Source of the DNA: an uncultured Verrucomicrobiae bacterium
GTDB taxonomy: Bacteria; Verrucomicrobiota; Verrucomicrobiia; Chthoniobacterales; UBA10450
Assembly: GCA_963801815.1 (NCBI GenBank)
Contig: CAWDGJ010000002.1
Span: 512,001-576,000 of the forward strand
Reading direction: 5' to 3'
Length of the DNA stretch: 64,000 nucleotides
This document shows, piece after piece, positions 1-11,120 of this stretch. Below the pieces are notes generated by a model. That model was not told the DNA's origin, did no database searches, and was given only the letters and a program-made list of their open reading frames with translations. Each line of letters opens with the position of its first letter. Positions within the stretch are counted from its first letter, which is position 1. A program made the translations under genes and the position numbers.

Positions 1-1016
1 TCGTCGCTCTGACCGATAGTGAGTGCCGCAAAATTTTTGGCGTTGATTGCTTTCACCACCCCGCCGGCATCAACCGCGCCGCGAAAAACCTTGAAATTGC
101 TCGCACGGAAATCGTCGCTGAGATCGACCAGCTCCATCCCAAAACGACGGTCTGGCTTATCGCTGCCGTAACGACCGACCGCTTCACGATAAGTGAGACG
201 ATCGAACGGCGTCTTAACGTCAAGGTTGAGGGTTGATTTGAAAACGGCTGCCAACATTCCTTCGGTCAGCTTGAAAATGTCCGCCGGCTCGACAAACGAA
301 GCCTCGATATCAATTTGGGTGAATTCCGGTTGCCGATCGGCCCGAAGATCTTCGTCTCGAAAACATTTCGCGATCTGGAAATATTTTTCGACACCGGCGA
401 CTTGAAGCAGCTGTTTGTATTGCTGTGGCGCTTGCGGCAAAGCATAAAATTTTCCGGGTATCGACCGGCTTGGCACCAGGAAGTCGCGTGCGCCTTCGGG
501 CGTGCTTTTCGATAAGATCGGCGTTTCGATTTCTAGATAGCCTTGCGAATCGAGATAATCGCGAGTGGCCTTGGCGGCGCGATGCCGAGTCCGCAGATTG
601 CGCGACATCTCTGGCCGTCGCAGATCGTAATAGCGATAGGTCAGTCGCAAATCTTCGTTGTGAACCTCGGCGTCGATCGAAAAGGGAAGATCGTCCGCAC
701 GATTCAGAATTCGCAATTGAGCCGGGATTAATTCGATGTCGCCGGTTGGCAGCTTTGAATTTTCCGTGCCGGGCACGCGCGGCGCGACTCTGCCAGAAAC
801 CTGGATCACGTCTTCGCTGCGCAAAGTGTGCGCTTGCTTGGCGAGCTCCGGGTTTTCTTCGGGACGAAAGACGACCTGCGTCAGTCCTTCACGATCGCGC
901 AAATCGATAAAGATCACGCCGCCGTGATCGCGCGATACGTGGATCCAACCCGCGAGCGTCGCGTCCTTGCCAACGTCGCTTTTGCGAAGTGAATTGCAGT
1001 CAGTCGTGCGATACAT
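1..1016 (-). CDS. aspS: Aspartate--tRNA ligase (5' part; runs off the window start)
   Basis: Read by hand on the minus strand from ATG at 1016: [50 protein letters not shown]..., later [40 protein letters not shown]. Absent from the ORF track because it has no stop in the window. Confidence 0.96.
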   Translation of the reverse strand, partial: [338 protein letters not shown]

Positions 1017-1018
1017 GG

Positions 1019-2275
1019 TCAGGCGGAATCCGAGACCCTGAAGAATTTCGCGATGCTGTCCAGCAGTGCGCCACCAGCAATCAAAGATTCTTCGCGCGTT
1101 GCCAGATTTTTCACTTTCACCTGAGGCCATTCGTCGCCGTAAAGAAGTGCGATGGACGCGCCGGCATTTTCCGCGGTTTGAAATTGCTTCGCGACCTTGT
1201 CGGCCGTTAGCGGGTAATCGACCCGATAGCCGCGATCGCGCAGTTCCTGGATTTGCTCGAGCGCATCGCCCCGGCGCTGCTCCTTCGCAATCACGACATA
1301 GATGTCGATCTTGTTTTGCTCCTTAATGGTGGCTGTCAGCTTCTCACGTGTCGCCGGGCGATCGCGGAGCAATTCTCCGAGAACGACGTCACCCATCGCA
1401 AAACCAAGCGCCGGCATCGACACTGCGCCGTCGCTAAGCTGGGCAATCAAGTTGTCGTAGCGACCGCCGCCGGCGATCGCACGCAGTTTTCCCGCGCGGT
1501 CAAAGACTTCAAAAACCGTCCCGGTATAATAAGCAAGACCGCGCACAATTTTAACATCGATGTCGACAAAGCCGGCCAGGCCACGCGCACCGAGGCCGTC
1601 GACAAGTCGATCCAGTTTTCCGCTGCGTCCACCCTTGTCGAAAATCGAGAAGACCGGTCCGGCAAGGTTTCCGAGTTTTTCTTCCGTTTTCTCTCGTGGT
1701 TCGCGGCCGGATTTATCGATGATCTGCAAAACTTCTTCCCACTGTTCGGTCGGAAGCTTTTGTTGCTGCAGAAAGTCCGTCCAAAACTCGCGATCGCTGA
1801 TCCGGACGACAAAATCTTTTTCGGTCAGCCCGAATCCGCGCAGGATGTCGATGCAAAGCGCGATCAGCTCGACGTCGGCCGCGAAATCGCTCTCGCCCAT
1901 GATGTCGCAATTGAGCTGATAATGTTCGCGCAAGCGGCCGCGCTGTTGTTTTTCGTAACGGAAAAATTGCCCGATCGAAAACCACTTGAGCGGCTTCTTG
2001 AATGAGCGTTCGTGCGCCGCGACCACCCGGGCGAGCGTCGGTGTCAGCTCAGGCCGCATGGAGACTTCGCGGTCACCTTTGTCGGTGAAATTGAAAAGTT
2101 GATCGACAATTTCAGCCCCACTCTTTTTCCGGTAGAGATCGGTCGGCTCGAGAACCGGACCGTCCCACTCAACGAAGCCATAACGGCGAGAGATCTCGCG
2201 CCAGCGCGCAAAGATGTAATTTCGCGTCGCGCAATCGTCGGGCAAAAAATCCCGAAAACCTGGAAGCGTTTGCAT
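1019..2275 (-). CDS. hisS: Histidine--tRNA ligase
   Basis: MQTLPGFRDF, RPELTPTLAR, FRYEKQQRGRLREHYQ, VRGLAYYTG, GGGRYD motifs; start moved to ATG 2275. Confidence 0.96.
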   Translation of the reverse strand: MQTLPGFRDFLPDDCATRNYIFARWREISRRYGFVEWDGPVLEPTDLYRKKSGAEIVDQLFNFTDKGDREVSMRPELTPTLARVVAAHERSFKKPLKWFSIGQFFRYEKQQRGRLREHYQLNCDIMGESDFAADVELIALCIDILRGFGLTEKDFVVRISDREFWTDFLQQQKLPTEQWEEVLQIIDKSGREPREKTEEKLGNLAGPVFSIFDKGGRSGKLDRLVDGLGARGLAGFVDIDVKIVRGLAYYTGTVFEVFDRAGKLRAIAGGGRYDNLIAQLSDGAVSMPALGFAMGDVVLGELLRDRPATREKLTATIKEQNKIDIYVVIAKEQRRGDALEQIQELRDRGYRVDYPLTADKVAKQFQTAENAGASIALLYGDEWPQVKVKNLATREESLIAGGALLDSIAKFFRVSDSA

Positions 2276-2403
2276 TATTTCAAAAACCGGACAGCCGACT
2301 GGGCGCGAACCATTTGTGGTGCTGCGGTCGAATAAATCGCCGCTGCCCGCAGTCAAACTTCTTCACAACAAAGAGCATTGGGTAACCAAAGCAAAGGACA
2401 ACT

Positions 2404-2832
2404 ATGAAAGAAACTACATTAGCGAAAATATTGGCCGTGGCTTGTGGTTTGGGTCTCGCGACAGCGTTGGCTCAAACTTCGACAACGGTCACGACCACCA
2501 AAGACGCTGCGACTGGAACCGCGGTCACCGAGACGAGCACAACGAGCGCCTCGGGGACAATTGCGACCTACACGCCGGGAACCGATTACTTCACGTTCGA
2601 ATCGAGGGGGACAACGGGCGCACCGGTGCGGTACTATTACAATCGGGACACGGCTGTGCTCGATCCGGAAGGTCACACCGTAACCTGGTCGGCTGTTCGC
2701 CCAGAATTGCCCGCCACTGTTTATTATGTGCGCGAAGGCGATCGGATGATTGTTCGCAAGGTCGTCCTGAGCAAACCAACGGTCATCGAAAAACAGACGA
2801 CAACGACGACGACAACAACCGACAAGCGGTAA
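2404..2832 (+). CDS. Secreted Thr-rich hypothetical protein
   Basis: Signal peptide (ALA-QT), Thr-rich ends, small beta-rich core; AAAGGA SD-like site upstream. Confidence 0.75.
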   Translation: MKETTLAKILAVACGLGLATALAQTSTTVTTTKDAATGTAVTETSTTSASGTIATYTPGTDYFTFESRGTTGAPVRYYYNRDTAVLDPEGHTVTWSAVRPELPATVYYVREGDRMIVRKVVLSKPTVIEKQTTTTTTTTDKR

Positions 2833-2885
2833 TTACAGTCACCGTCTCGTTACGGCGCGCAGCGCCGTAGCTACACCATCAATTC

Positions 2886-2921
2886 GAAGCGCCCGTGACG
2901 AAATTCGCGGGCGCTTTCGTT
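2886..2921. terminator. Probable intrinsic terminator between convergent genes
   Basis: GAAGCGCCCGTGA-cgaaat-TCGCGGGCGCTTT hairpin followed by T-rich bases, between the 2404 gene and galE. Confidence 0.6.
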
Positions 2922-3893
2922 TCAATCCCCGTAACCGCGCGGAAATTTCTGATGCCATTTCCACGCGCTGTCGATGATTGCATCGAGTGATTGAAACTGC
3001 GGTTTCCAGCCAAGCTCACGACTAATTTTCTCCGATGATGCAACCAAACGCGGCGGATCACCCGGCCGGCGCGGCTTCTCCACGATGTCGATTTTGCGCC
3101 CAGTAACTTTGCGGCAGGAATCGATCACTTGCCGCACGCTGGCGCCTCCGCCGGTGCCGAGATTGTAGAAGTCGCTCTTGGATGCACCAAGCGCGAGAAT
3201 GTGGGCCTGGGCCAGATCGATAATGTGAATGTAATCGCGAATGCAGGTGCCGTCCGGTGTTTCGTAATCGATCCCGAAAATCTCCACGTTTGATTTCTGT
3301 CCAAGCGCAACCTTGAGCACGTTCGGGATCAAGTGCGTTTCAAGCCGATGATCCTCTCCGAACTTCTGCGACGCGCCTGCGGCATTGAAGTAACGGAGCG
3401 AAACAAACTTCAACCCGTGAATTTGATCGTACCAGCGCAGAATTTTTTCGAACGCCAGTTTCGATTCGCCGTAGGGATTAATTGGCTGCTTCGGGGTTGT
3501 TTCGTCGATGGGCAAACGCTCAGGCGGGCCAAAAATGGCACAGGTCGATGAAAAAACGATCTTGGGCACACCGGCTTTCACCATTGCGTCCAGAAGATTG
3601 AGCCCGTTGGAGATGTTATTTCGAAAATACTTGGACGGATTTTGCATCGACTCTCCGACCAGCGCGTTAGCGGCAAAATGCATGACCGCGTCCGGCTTCA
3701 GTTTCACAAGCGTTTTCTCGATCGATTCTCGGTCTTGAAGGTCGCCCTCGGCGAATTCCGCGCGAGAATCAATCGCTGCACGATGGCCTTCGCTAAGATT
3801 ATCGAAAATCGAAACAACGTGCCCCTTATCGAGCAGAAGTTCGGCGCAGACGCTGCCGATATAGCCCGCTCCACCGACGACGAGAATCTTCAT
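2922..3893 (-). CDS. galE: UDP-glucose 4-epimerase
   Basis: GGAGYIGS, HFAA, FSST, YGESK, LRYFNAAGA, TPDGTCIRDYIH, RRPGDP motifs. Confidence 0.95.
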   Translation of the reverse strand: MKILVVGGAGYIGSVCAELLLDKGHVVSIFDNLSEGHRAAIDSRAEFAEGDLQDRESIEKTLVKLKPDAVMHFAANALVGESMQNPSKYFRNNISNGLNLLDAMVKAGVPKIVFSSTCAIFGPPERLPIDETTPKQPINPYGESKLAFEKILRWYDQIHGLKFVSLRYFNAAGASQKFGEDHRLETHLIPNVLKVALGQKSNVEIFGIDYETPDGTCIRDYIHIIDLAQAHILALGASKSDFYNLGTGGGASVRQVIDSCRKVTGRKIDIVEKPRRPGDPPRLVASSEKISRELGWKPQFQSLDAIIDSAWKWHQKFPRGYGD

Positions 3894-3924
3894 TCTCGGG
3901 AAAATCGGCGGACTACGCCGTTAA

Positions 3925-4533
3925 TCAATCCAAAGTGCGACTCGCCGACGGTTTGGACGACGCTTGTCGCGAATTCGTTGTCTTGGCCGACGATTGGCTC
4001 GAATTCAAAACCACCCGTGTCGCAGTGGCTGGATTCTTTTTTTGCAGCGAGACGATCATCTTTTGGACCTGGACGTGTTTAGCGCGCGGTCCCAAGACTT
4101 GGAGACTCTTCTCCTCCGAACCCCATTGCAGGATGTCGATGTCGACGTTGCGTGCACCCCAACGCTTCATTTCAAGCTTGGTTGGCTTGTAGAGATCGAT
4201 CGTGTTCGTGCCGACCAGCGCGGTCCCGTAATCGTCTATAATATATTCTTCCCGGGTGCTGACGATTCGAAATCGAGTCCCGACAGGAAACACCGACCAA
4301 TCCGCCGCCGCACTCATGACGTGGTGACCGGACAAATACGTGCCAAGCGCGTTGCGAGGGCCGCCCTTTTCTTTGTGGGTGTAGGCGGTCGTCCGAACGT
4401 TGGCCATGCGACCGAGATGAGAGTTAGCGGCCGCTACAGCAGCCAACGGTTTCTGAATGGCAGGTTGCTCCGCGCAACCGACAAGAAAACAAATAGCTGC
4501 AAGAACTATTGCAAGGTTAAGGCTTTTTGACAT
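3925..4533 (-). CDS. 3D-domain (MltA-like) lipoprotein
   Basis: Lipobox LVGC; VRTTAY, AAADWSVFPVGT, IIDDYG, TIDLY provide the three Asp residues of the 3D domain. Confidence 0.8.
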   Translation of the reverse strand: MSKSLNLAIVLAAICFLVGCAEQPAIQKPLAAVAAANSHLGRMANVRTTAYTHKEKGGPRNALGTYLSGHHVMSAAADWSVFPVGTRFRIVSTREEYIIDDYGTALVGTNTIDLYKPTKLEMKRWGARNVDIDILQWGSEEKSLQVLGPRAKHVQVQKMIVSLQKKNPATATRVVLNSSQSSAKTTNSRQASSKPSASRTLD

Positions 4534-4688
4534 TTGCAATACCGCGGCCTCAAATAGCACTGAAGCGCGGAGTGGCAAGAATAATTTTACGCGTTCGCAA
4601 TCTTATCTTTCTGTCCACCAGCAGCTTCTAGCTGGGTAAATTGGAGCAAAAAGCGGGCTAGTCTCGAAAATTATTCACACGTTGTTCA

Positions 4689-5129
4689 CTAGTTACGCTG
4701 AAACTCCGTCGTGCAGTGCGGACAACGCGTCGCCTTGATCGGGATCGACATCGTGCATGCCGGACAATCTTTCACCACCGGCGGCGCGGTCGGCGACGGT
4801 CTCTTCATTTTGTTTATCGCCTTCACCAACAGAAAGACACAGAACGCGACAATCAAAAAATTAATCGCGATCGTGATAAAATTGCCGTAGGCAAACACCG
4901 GTCCTAATTTTCTCGCCTCAGCCAGCGACAACCCCGCGGTGATTTTATCCGACAACGGAACGTAGAGATTGCTAAAGTCGAGATTGCCGGCAACCCGTCC
5001 GATCGGCGGCATCAGCAAATCTTCGACAACTGATGTGACGATCTTCCCAAACGCAGCGCCGATGATGACACCGACGGCGAGATCGATTGCGTTACCTTTG
5101 ACGGCAAATTCCTTGAATTCCTTCCACAT
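4689..5129 (-). CDS. mscL: Large-conductance mechanosensitive channel with C-terminal Cys4 zinc ribbon
   Basis: [44 protein letters not shown]; tail CPAC-x10-CPHC. Confidence 0.95.
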   Translation of the reverse strand: MWKEFKEFAVKGNAIDLAVGVIIGAAFGKIVTSVVEDLLMPPIGRVAGNLDFSNLYVPLSDKITAGLSLAEARKLGPVFAYGNFITIAINFLIVAFCVFLLVKAINKMKRPSPTAPPVVKDCPACTMSIPIKATRCPHCTTEFQRN

Positions 5130-5142
5130 GCCGCCTGTTTAA

Positions 5143-7683
5143 CTACTGGACCACGATGTTCACAAGCTTTTTTGGGACAACGACAACCTTGCGAACGTGC
5201 TTCCCGGCAACGAGTTCCGCGATTTTCGGATTCACCTGCGCTGCGGCTTTCATCTCCTCTTCCGTCGCCGAGATCGACATCATGATTCGGTCGCGAACTT
5301 TTCCGTTTACCTGGATGACAATCTCCACTTCATCTTCGATCAGGAATTTCTCGTCGTAAGTTGGCCACGGTTGTTTGGTGATATCCCCGGAAGATTTCAG
5401 CTTCTCCCACAATTCGGAACTGAGATGCGGCGCGAACGGATTTAGCAAAACCAAAAAGGTCCGCATCGCTGCAATCGGAATCACCTCGGCCCCGCTCTGC
5501 GGGATGAACGCATTCACGAAGATCATCATCTGCGAGATCGCGGTGTTGAAGGAGAGGGATTCGATGTCTGCAGTGACTTTTTTTATCGTGGCGTGGAGGA
5601 TCTTGTTTTGCGCCTTGCTAAGATCGACATCCTTGAGCGCCGCCGAAAGTTGCCATTCACCCGCCTGGTTTTCGCTCATCATTAATCGCCAAACCCGCGC
5701 GAGAAACCGCGACACGCCTTCGACGCCGCGCATGCTCCACGGTTTCATCTGTTCCAGCGGGCCCATGAACATTTCGTAACAACGAAACGCGTCCGCACCA
5801 TACTGATCGATCACGTCGTCAGGGTTCACAATGTTCCCGCGCGACTTCGACATTTTCTGGTTGTCTTCGCCGAGAATAATCCCCTGATTCACCAAACGTT
5901 GAAACGGTTCGGGTTTCGATAAGTATCCGAGATCGAACAGCACTTTGTGCCAGAAGCGCGCGTAAAGCAGATGCAACACGGCGTGTTCAGTTCCACCAAC
6001 GTAAAGATCGACGGTGCCCGGATGGTCGCCAGCTGCCCAATATCGCTCAGCTTCTTCGCCGACGAATCGTCTATCGTTCAGCGGATCGCAAAAACGCAGG
6101 TAATACCAACAGGAGCCTGCCCACTGCGGCATTACATTCAGTTCGCGCGCCGCTTTCTCCGAGTATCGAATCCAGTCCTTGGCTTTGGCCAACGGCGGTT
6201 CACCCGTGCCGGTTGGCTTGTAATCCTCAAGCGGCGGCGGAACCACCGGCAATTCTTTTTCTTCCAACGAACGATGCTTTCCGTCTTGCCAAACAATTGG
6301 AAACGGTTCGCCCCAATATCGCTGACGTGAGAAAAGCCAGTCGCGAAGCTTGTAGTTGATCGCGCGTTTTCCGAGCCCACGCTCCTCCAACCAGATCGTA
6401 ATCTTTCGAATCGCGTCACGCGACGGCAGCCCATCGATGATCGGCGAATTGATCGCGATCCCATCGCCAACAAATCCGATGGGATCTTCGTCGCCCGGCG
6501 GCTGAACCACCTCTCGAATCGGCAAATCAAACTTGCGCGCGAATTCGAGATCGCGCTCATCATGAGCGGGGACTGCCTGAATCGCACCCGTGCCGTAACC
6601 GAGCAGGACGTAATCGGCAATCCAAATCGGGATTTTCTCTTCGTTAGCGGGATTGATCGCATAAGCGCCTGTAAAGACGCCGGTTTTTTCTTTCGAGAGT
6701 TCGGTCCGCTCGAGATCACTCTTGCGCGCGGTGCGTTCGCGATACTCCCGAACCGCCGGCCACTGCTCTTCGGTCACGATTTGATCGACGAGTGAATGTT
6801 CCGGTGCGAGGACCATGTAAGTCGCGCCGTACAGCGTGTCCGGGCGTGTCGTGAAAACGCGGATCTTATTACTATCGACTTTGAAATCGATCTCCGCGCC
6901 TTCGCTGCGGCCGATCCAATTGCGTTGGAGTAATTTGATTCCTTCGGGCCAATCAAGTCCTTCGAGTTCGTTGATCAAGCGCTCAGCGTAAGCGGTTATT
7001 CGCAACATCCATTGCCGCATCGGTCGTCGGACGACCGGAAACCCACCGACTTCGCTTTTGCCATCGACAACTTCTTCGTTCGCCAAAACCGTCCCGAGTT
7101 CCGGGCACCAGTTCACTGGCACATCGGCGACATAAGCCAGCCGGACTTCGTCCGGATTGTTGCCGCGATAAGTGGAAATTGGCTCGGCCTTGTTCGTTTT
7201 CGAGTTGAACCAGGAATTGTAGATCTTAAGGAAGATCCATTGCGTCCACTTGTAGTAGCGCGGATCGGTGGTGTTGATCTCACGCTGCCAGTCGTAGGAG
7301 AAACCAATCCGTTTCAGCTGCGATTTGAATTTCGCAACGTTTTCGCGCGTGGTAATCGCAGGATGCTGACCGCTCTTGATCGCATATTGTTCCGCCGGCA
7401 ATCCGAACGCGTCCCAACCCATCGGATGCAGCACATTGAAGCCGCACATCCGTTTGTAACGCGCAATGATATCGGTGGCGGTGTAGCCTTCCGGATGTCC
7501 GACGTGCAAGCCCGCGCCGCTCGGATACGGGAACATGTCGAGGACGTAGAACTTCGGTTTTCCGGAATCGAAGTCCTTTTCGCCGGGATTGAGCGCGTGA
7601 AAAACCTGCCGCTCGTCCCAGATTTTCTGCCACTTCGGCTCAATCTGGTCGAATGGATATGGTTTGCGGCGCTCGCTGCTCAT
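5143..7683 (-). CDS. leuS: Leucine--tRNA ligase
   Basis: [32 protein letters not shown] editing domain, KMSKS; start moved to ATG 7683. Confidence 0.97.
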   Translation of the reverse strand: MSSERRKPYPFDQIEPKWQKIWDERQVFHALNPGEKDFDSGKPKFYVLDMFPYPSGAGLHVGHPEGYTATDIIARYKRMCGFNVLHPMGWDAFGLPAEQYAIKSGQHPAITTRENVAKFKSQLKRIGFSYDWQREINTTDPRYYKWTQWIFLKIYNSWFNSKTNKAEPISTYRGNNPDEVRLAYVADVPVNWCPELGTVLANEEVVDGKSEVGGFPVVRRPMRQWMLRITAYAERLINELEGLDWPEGIKLLQRNWIGRSEGAEIDFKVDSNKIRVFTTRPDTLYGATYMVLAPEHSLVDQIVTEEQWPAVREYRERTARKSDLERTELSKEKTGVFTGAYAINPANEEKIPIWIADYVLLGYGTGAIQAVPAHDERDLEFARKFDLPIREVVQPPGDEDPIGFVGDGIAINSPIIDGLPSRDAIRKITIWLEERGLGKRAINYKLRDWLFSRQRYWGEPFPIVWQDGKHRSLEEKELPVVPPPLEDYKPTGTGEPPLAKAKDWIRYSEKAARELNVMPQWAGSCWYYLRFCDPLNDRRFVGEEAERYWAAGDHPGTVDLYVGGTEHAVLHLLYARFWHKVLFDLGYLSKPEPFQRLVNQGIILGEDNQKMSKSRGNIVNPDDVIDQYGADAFRCYEMFMGPLEQMKPWSMRGVEGVSRFLARVWRLMMSENQAGEWQLSAALKDVDLSKAQNKILHATIKKVTADIESLSFNTAISQMMIFVNAFIPQSGAEVIPIAAMRTFLVLLNPFAPHLSSELWEKLKSSGDITKQPWPTYDEKFLIEDEVEIVIQVNGKVRDRIMMSISATEEEMKAAAQVNPKIAELVAGKHVRKVVVVPKKLVNIVVQ

Positions 7684-7723
7684 CGGATTATCAATCAGGA
7701 AAGCAGGAACACAGGAAAAGCAA

Positions 7724-8308
7724 ATGGACTTACTGCTGGCGACGCGCAACCCACATAAATCGCGGGAATTTCGCGAACTCCTGGGCGCTGACTTTGAAAT
7801 CAAAGATCTTAGTTCGAATCCCGAGATCGTGATGCCGGAAGAAACGGGACGCACATTTGAAGAGAACGCAATTCTCAAGGCGGTCCACGTTTCCAAACGA
7901 ACGAACGAATTCGTGATCGCAGACGATTCAGGTCTCGAGGTCGACGCGCTCGGTGGCGCGCCGGGAACTTTTTCCGCGCGCTACGCCGGTGAAACGGCGA
8001 GCGACTCGCAGAACGTCGACAAGCTGCTCCGTGAACTCAAAAATGTCGCCCACCGATCGGCCCGTTTTCGCTGTGTCATTGCACTTGCCCGCGCTGGAAG
8101 AGTTTTGGGCACATTCGAAGGTGCGATCGAAGGAAAGATTGTTGATTTGCCGCGGGGCAACGCAGGCTTCGGCTACGATCCAGTGTTTCAACCGGCCGGA
8201 TTCGATCGAACTCTTGGTGAAATGGCAGCTGGACTGAAAAACAAAATCAGTCACCGCGGCAAAGCGACCGCTGCATTGCAACTAGCTTTGCGCGAAATGG
8301 AGAATTAG
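7724..8308 (+). CDS. rdgB: Non-canonical purine NTP pyrophosphatase (RdgB/HAM1)
   Basis: [54 protein letters not shown]. Confidence 0.95.
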   Translation: MDLLLATRNPHKSREFRELLGADFEIKDLSSNPEIVMPEETGRTFEENAILKAVHVSKRTNEFVIADDSGLEVDALGGAPGTFSARYAGETASDSQNVDKLLRELKNVAHRSARFRCVIALARAGRVLGTFEGAIEGKIVDLPRGNAGFGYDPVFQPAGFDRTLGEMAAGLKNKISHRGKATAALQLALREMEN

Positions 8309-8808
8309 TGCGGCGGACCAGGCGGCGGCGGTGGGGGTGGAGCACCAGGAGCACCAGGAGCACCAGGAGCGCCCGGAGCAGCGGCTCCCGCCGGGCCGCC
8401 GGCGGCTGCGCGAATCTGATAACCGACTTTTTGAATTTGCGCGCGGCGGACTTTGTCGAGAACGGTAATAACGTCACCGTGTAGCGCCATCCCTTCGGCG
8501 CTGATTGAAACCTTGATGTTCGGATTTGCCGCGTGCAATTGGAACAGGCGTGGCAGAATTTGATCGTCCTGTACGTATTGGCCGTCAAAACTGACAGCGT
8601 TACCGGCACCGACCCGAATGGAAACGTAGTCTTTCGTCGTAGTCGGCGGCGGAACCGCAGCGGATGGCAATTGAATCCTAATTCCCTTCATGTGAGTCTG
8701 GCTCAGGCTCACCATCATGAAACTCGCGAGGAGAAAGAACATGATGTCGATCAACGGAATGATCTCGATTCGAGCGTGTTTCTTGGGAATGGGCGAAGAG
8801 ACTTTCAT
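8305..8808 (-). CDS. exbD: Biopolymer transporter ExbD (copy 2) with Gly-Ala-Pro/poly-Pro tail
   Basis: RIEIIPLIDIMFFLLASFM; C-terminus [23 protein letters not shown], partly encoded by a 9-bp tandem repeat. Confidence 0.9.
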   Translation of the reverse strand: MKVSSPIPKKHARIEIIPLIDIMFFLLASFMMVSLSQTHMKGIRIQLPSAAVPPPTTTKDYVSIRVGAGNAVSFDGQYVQDDQILPRLFQLHAANPNIKVSISAEGMALHGDVITVLDKVRRAQIQKVGYQIRAAAGGPAGAAAPGAPGAPGAPGAPPPPPPPGPPH

Positions 8809-8813
8809 AAGGC

Positions 8814-9425
8814 TTAATAGGAAGCACCGGTCATCGTGAAGGTAATCGGGACTTTTACCTTGGGCGCGCAAGCTCCGGGCCGAAATCGCCAGCGCCTGAA
8901 GGTACTGACCGTGGCATTATCCAAAATTGGGCTACCGATAGATTGCGCCATCGATGCATCGGTCACGTTGCCGCTGGCGGTATCAACCGACAGCACTGCA
9001 ACACCGCTTCCGGTTTGGTGACGGCTGCGGGCTTCGTACGGATAATCCGGCTTTGGCGCAAAGATCGCCACTGCCTTAGCGCCTGAAATCGACATCGTGC
9101 CAGTCACGCCCTGAGGTGCCTTGACCGGCCCAGCGGGTCTGTTTGTTTTTGGCGGCGGTGGCTTCTCTTCATGGAACTCGGGCTCGACATCGGGAATAGG
9201 CGGCGGTTCCTGAATAGGAATGTCTTCAGGAGGCGGTGTCGGTTGATCCTGCGGTTCTAACTGCGCCTCCACCGTGGCCGTCGGAATCGTTGAAAGATCA
9301 ACCGCAGGCGGTTCGTGTTTAATTCCCGCAATCACCACCGATGCCGCCTCTATCAAAATAGCCCCGCCCAAAGAGGCCCAAAATTGCCAGCTCGGTGGCG
9401 GCTTATAGAGAAGTGGTTGGGCCAT
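8814..9425 (-). CDS. tonB: TonB-family energy transducer
   Basis: N-terminal TM, Pro-rich linker, C-terminal PDYPYEAR...G.V....I...S.G...LD......RWRFRP TonB_C pattern. Confidence 0.88.
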   Translation of the reverse strand: MAQPLLYKPPPSWQFWASLGGAILIEAASVVIAGIKHEPPAVDLSTIPTATVEAQLEPQDQPTPPPEDIPIQEPPPIPDVEPEFHEEKPPPPKTNRPAGPVKAPQGVTGTMSISGAKAVAIFAPKPDYPYEARSRHQTGSGVAVLSVDTASGNVTDASMAQSIGSPILDNATVSTFRRWRFRPGACAPKVKVPITFTMTGASY

Positions 9426-9428
9426 AAA

Positions 9429-9869
9429 TCAAGGACCTTGCGGTCCCGGCATTCCCTTCAAGGCTTCGCTCTTGATCTCGAATGCGACTTTGTAAAAGCC
9501 GGCCGAACGCAAGAGATCGAGCACGCGAATAATATTGAAATGAACCGTGTCCCTGTCGCCGCGAATGAACACCTTCGCTTCCGGATTTTCCGCGTGGACT
9601 TGTTTTAACTTTTCGAACAGCGCGTCGTAGGTCATCTCGGTCTTGTCGAAATAGGGGTGGCCGTCCGCATCCACTGAGACACTGATGTATTCGTTCTTGG
9701 ACTGCGTTTCACCCATCTGCCCGGTCGGCAGATTCACTTTCATTCCCTTCATGTGCACCTGGCTCAGGCTGACCATCATGAAGCTCGCCAGCAGAAAGAA
9801 CATGATGTCGATCAACGGAATGATCTCGATCCGCCCTTTCTTATGAGGAATGGGTGAAGTTACGTGCAT
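9429..9869 (-). CDS. exbD: Biopolymer transporter ExbD (copy 1)
   Basis: RIEIIPLIDIMFFLLASFM; VFIRGDRDT..VLDLLRSAG. Confidence 0.92.
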   Translation of the reverse strand: MHVTSPIPHKKGRIEIIPLIDIMFFLLASFMMVSLSQVHMKGMKVNLPTGQMGETQSKNEYISVSVDADGHPYFDKTEMTYDALFEKLKQVHAENPEAKVFIRGDRDTVHFNIIRVLDLLRSAGFYKVAFEIKSEALKGMPGPQGP

Positions 9870-9878
9870 AAAAAAGTA

Positions 9879-10922
9879 CTAGATGGACGAACCCTTGGCC
9901 GAACTGGGCGAGCTCGGTCCGTGGGCAATCGTCACTTCTTCGCGGCGGCCTGGCCTTTGAGCTTCCAACATAACTTCGAGATTGGTGGCTGCGGTTTGTA
10001 ACTCGAACTCTAAGTTAGACACGCGCGAAGTGAAAAAGTTAAACGGAATCAGCGCAAAAATAGCAATGCCCAAACCGCACGCCGTCGCGATGAGCGCTTC
10101 GCCGATACCGCCGGTGATCGACACGATTGCAATCTCCTCATTCCCCAATGCGAGAAAGGCCTTCATGAGACCGGTGACCGTCCCCAATAAGCCGAGCAAT
10201 GGTGCGAGAGTCACCAACGTGTCCATCACGACGAGGAATCGGCCTGCCCGCTTAATCTCGATACCGGCCGCAACCTGCAACGCGCCCTGCAACGACGCGT
10301 GCTGATGATTCAAGCCGTTCCACATCATGCGCAGAACCGGGTCCCGCGAATCACGCGATAGTCGCGACGCTTCCGCCACGTCGCCGACTTCGACCGCGGT
10401 GAAAACTTTTTCGATCCGTTTCGGGTCGCGCCGGAACCAGCGTCCGCCCCACCAGAAAACTCGTTCGATGACGACAGTAAGAGCGACGATCGACACCAAG
10501 AGAATCGGCCACATCACCGGGCCGCCCTCGTTAAATTTGTCGACCAAGTAGTTGCCGGTGACCTTGTTTTCGTACAAGTGCCCGGAAGGAGCGGGCGTAC
10601 CGCTTGCCGCCGGACTCAAAGTCGCGGTCACGCTTGCTCCCGGAGAAACACCCACTGCCGGAGCACCGGCCGGTGCAGTTCCTGGCGCGCCCGGCTGCAT
10701 CCCTGCAGGTGGTTGGCCTGGAACTCCGGGTTGCTGAGCTGGCATACCCGGCTGTTGAGCTGGTGCGCCCGGTTGCGCAGCTGCCGGATTCATCGGCGCG
10801 GCTGCGGGCGGCGCGCCGGCCGGCGGAGGCGGCGGTTGTTGTCCAGGCCGCTGCTGCTGTGGCGATTGAGAAAACGCAGTCAGCGCGATCACGCTGAGAC
10901 AGAGAGTTAGGAATGTTTTCAT
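9879..10922 (-). CDS. exbB: MotA/TolQ/ExbB proton channel protein with signal peptide and long Pro/Gln/Ala-rich N-terminal extension
   Basis: GGPVMWPI, APLLGLLGTVTGLM, GGIGEALIATACGL. Confidence 0.92.
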   Translation of the reverse strand: MKTFLTLCLSVIALTAFSQSPQQQRPGQQPPPPPAGAPPAAAPMNPAAAQPGAPAQQPGMPAQQPGVPGQPPAGMQPGAPGTAPAGAPAVGVSPGASVTATLSPAASGTPAPSGHLYENKVTGNYLVDKFNEGGPVMWPILLVSIVALTVVIERVFWWGGRWFRRDPKRIEKVFTAVEVGDVAEASRLSRDSRDPVLRMMWNGLNHQHASLQGALQVAAGIEIKRAGRFLVVMDTLVTLAPLLGLLGTVTGLMKAFLALGNEEIAIVSITGGIGEALIATACGLGIAIFALIPFNFFTSRVSNLEFELQTAATNLEVMLEAQRPGRREEVTIAHGPSSPSSAKGSSI

Positions 10923-11120
10923 AATTTCGGCGGAGTTGAATTTACTGCTCGGTACATCCGTTTTATCCCAAAAGGTTTGGACGCGAGTCGAGCAAAACTT
11001 TTCACTTTTCTTTAGTGGACGCTCTCCAGGCTAGCGTCGTTTAATATTTCTTTCGCATCAGCCACACTGACAGGATGTAAGACAAGTACCCGACCCGAAG
11101 GTCGGTCTGGACCCCGAAAT

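Noticed and set aside
7695..7722. Three CAGGAA repeats at 9-nt spacing in the 40-bp leuS/rdgB gap
   Set aside because: Too short, and no second example in the window; no function can be supported.
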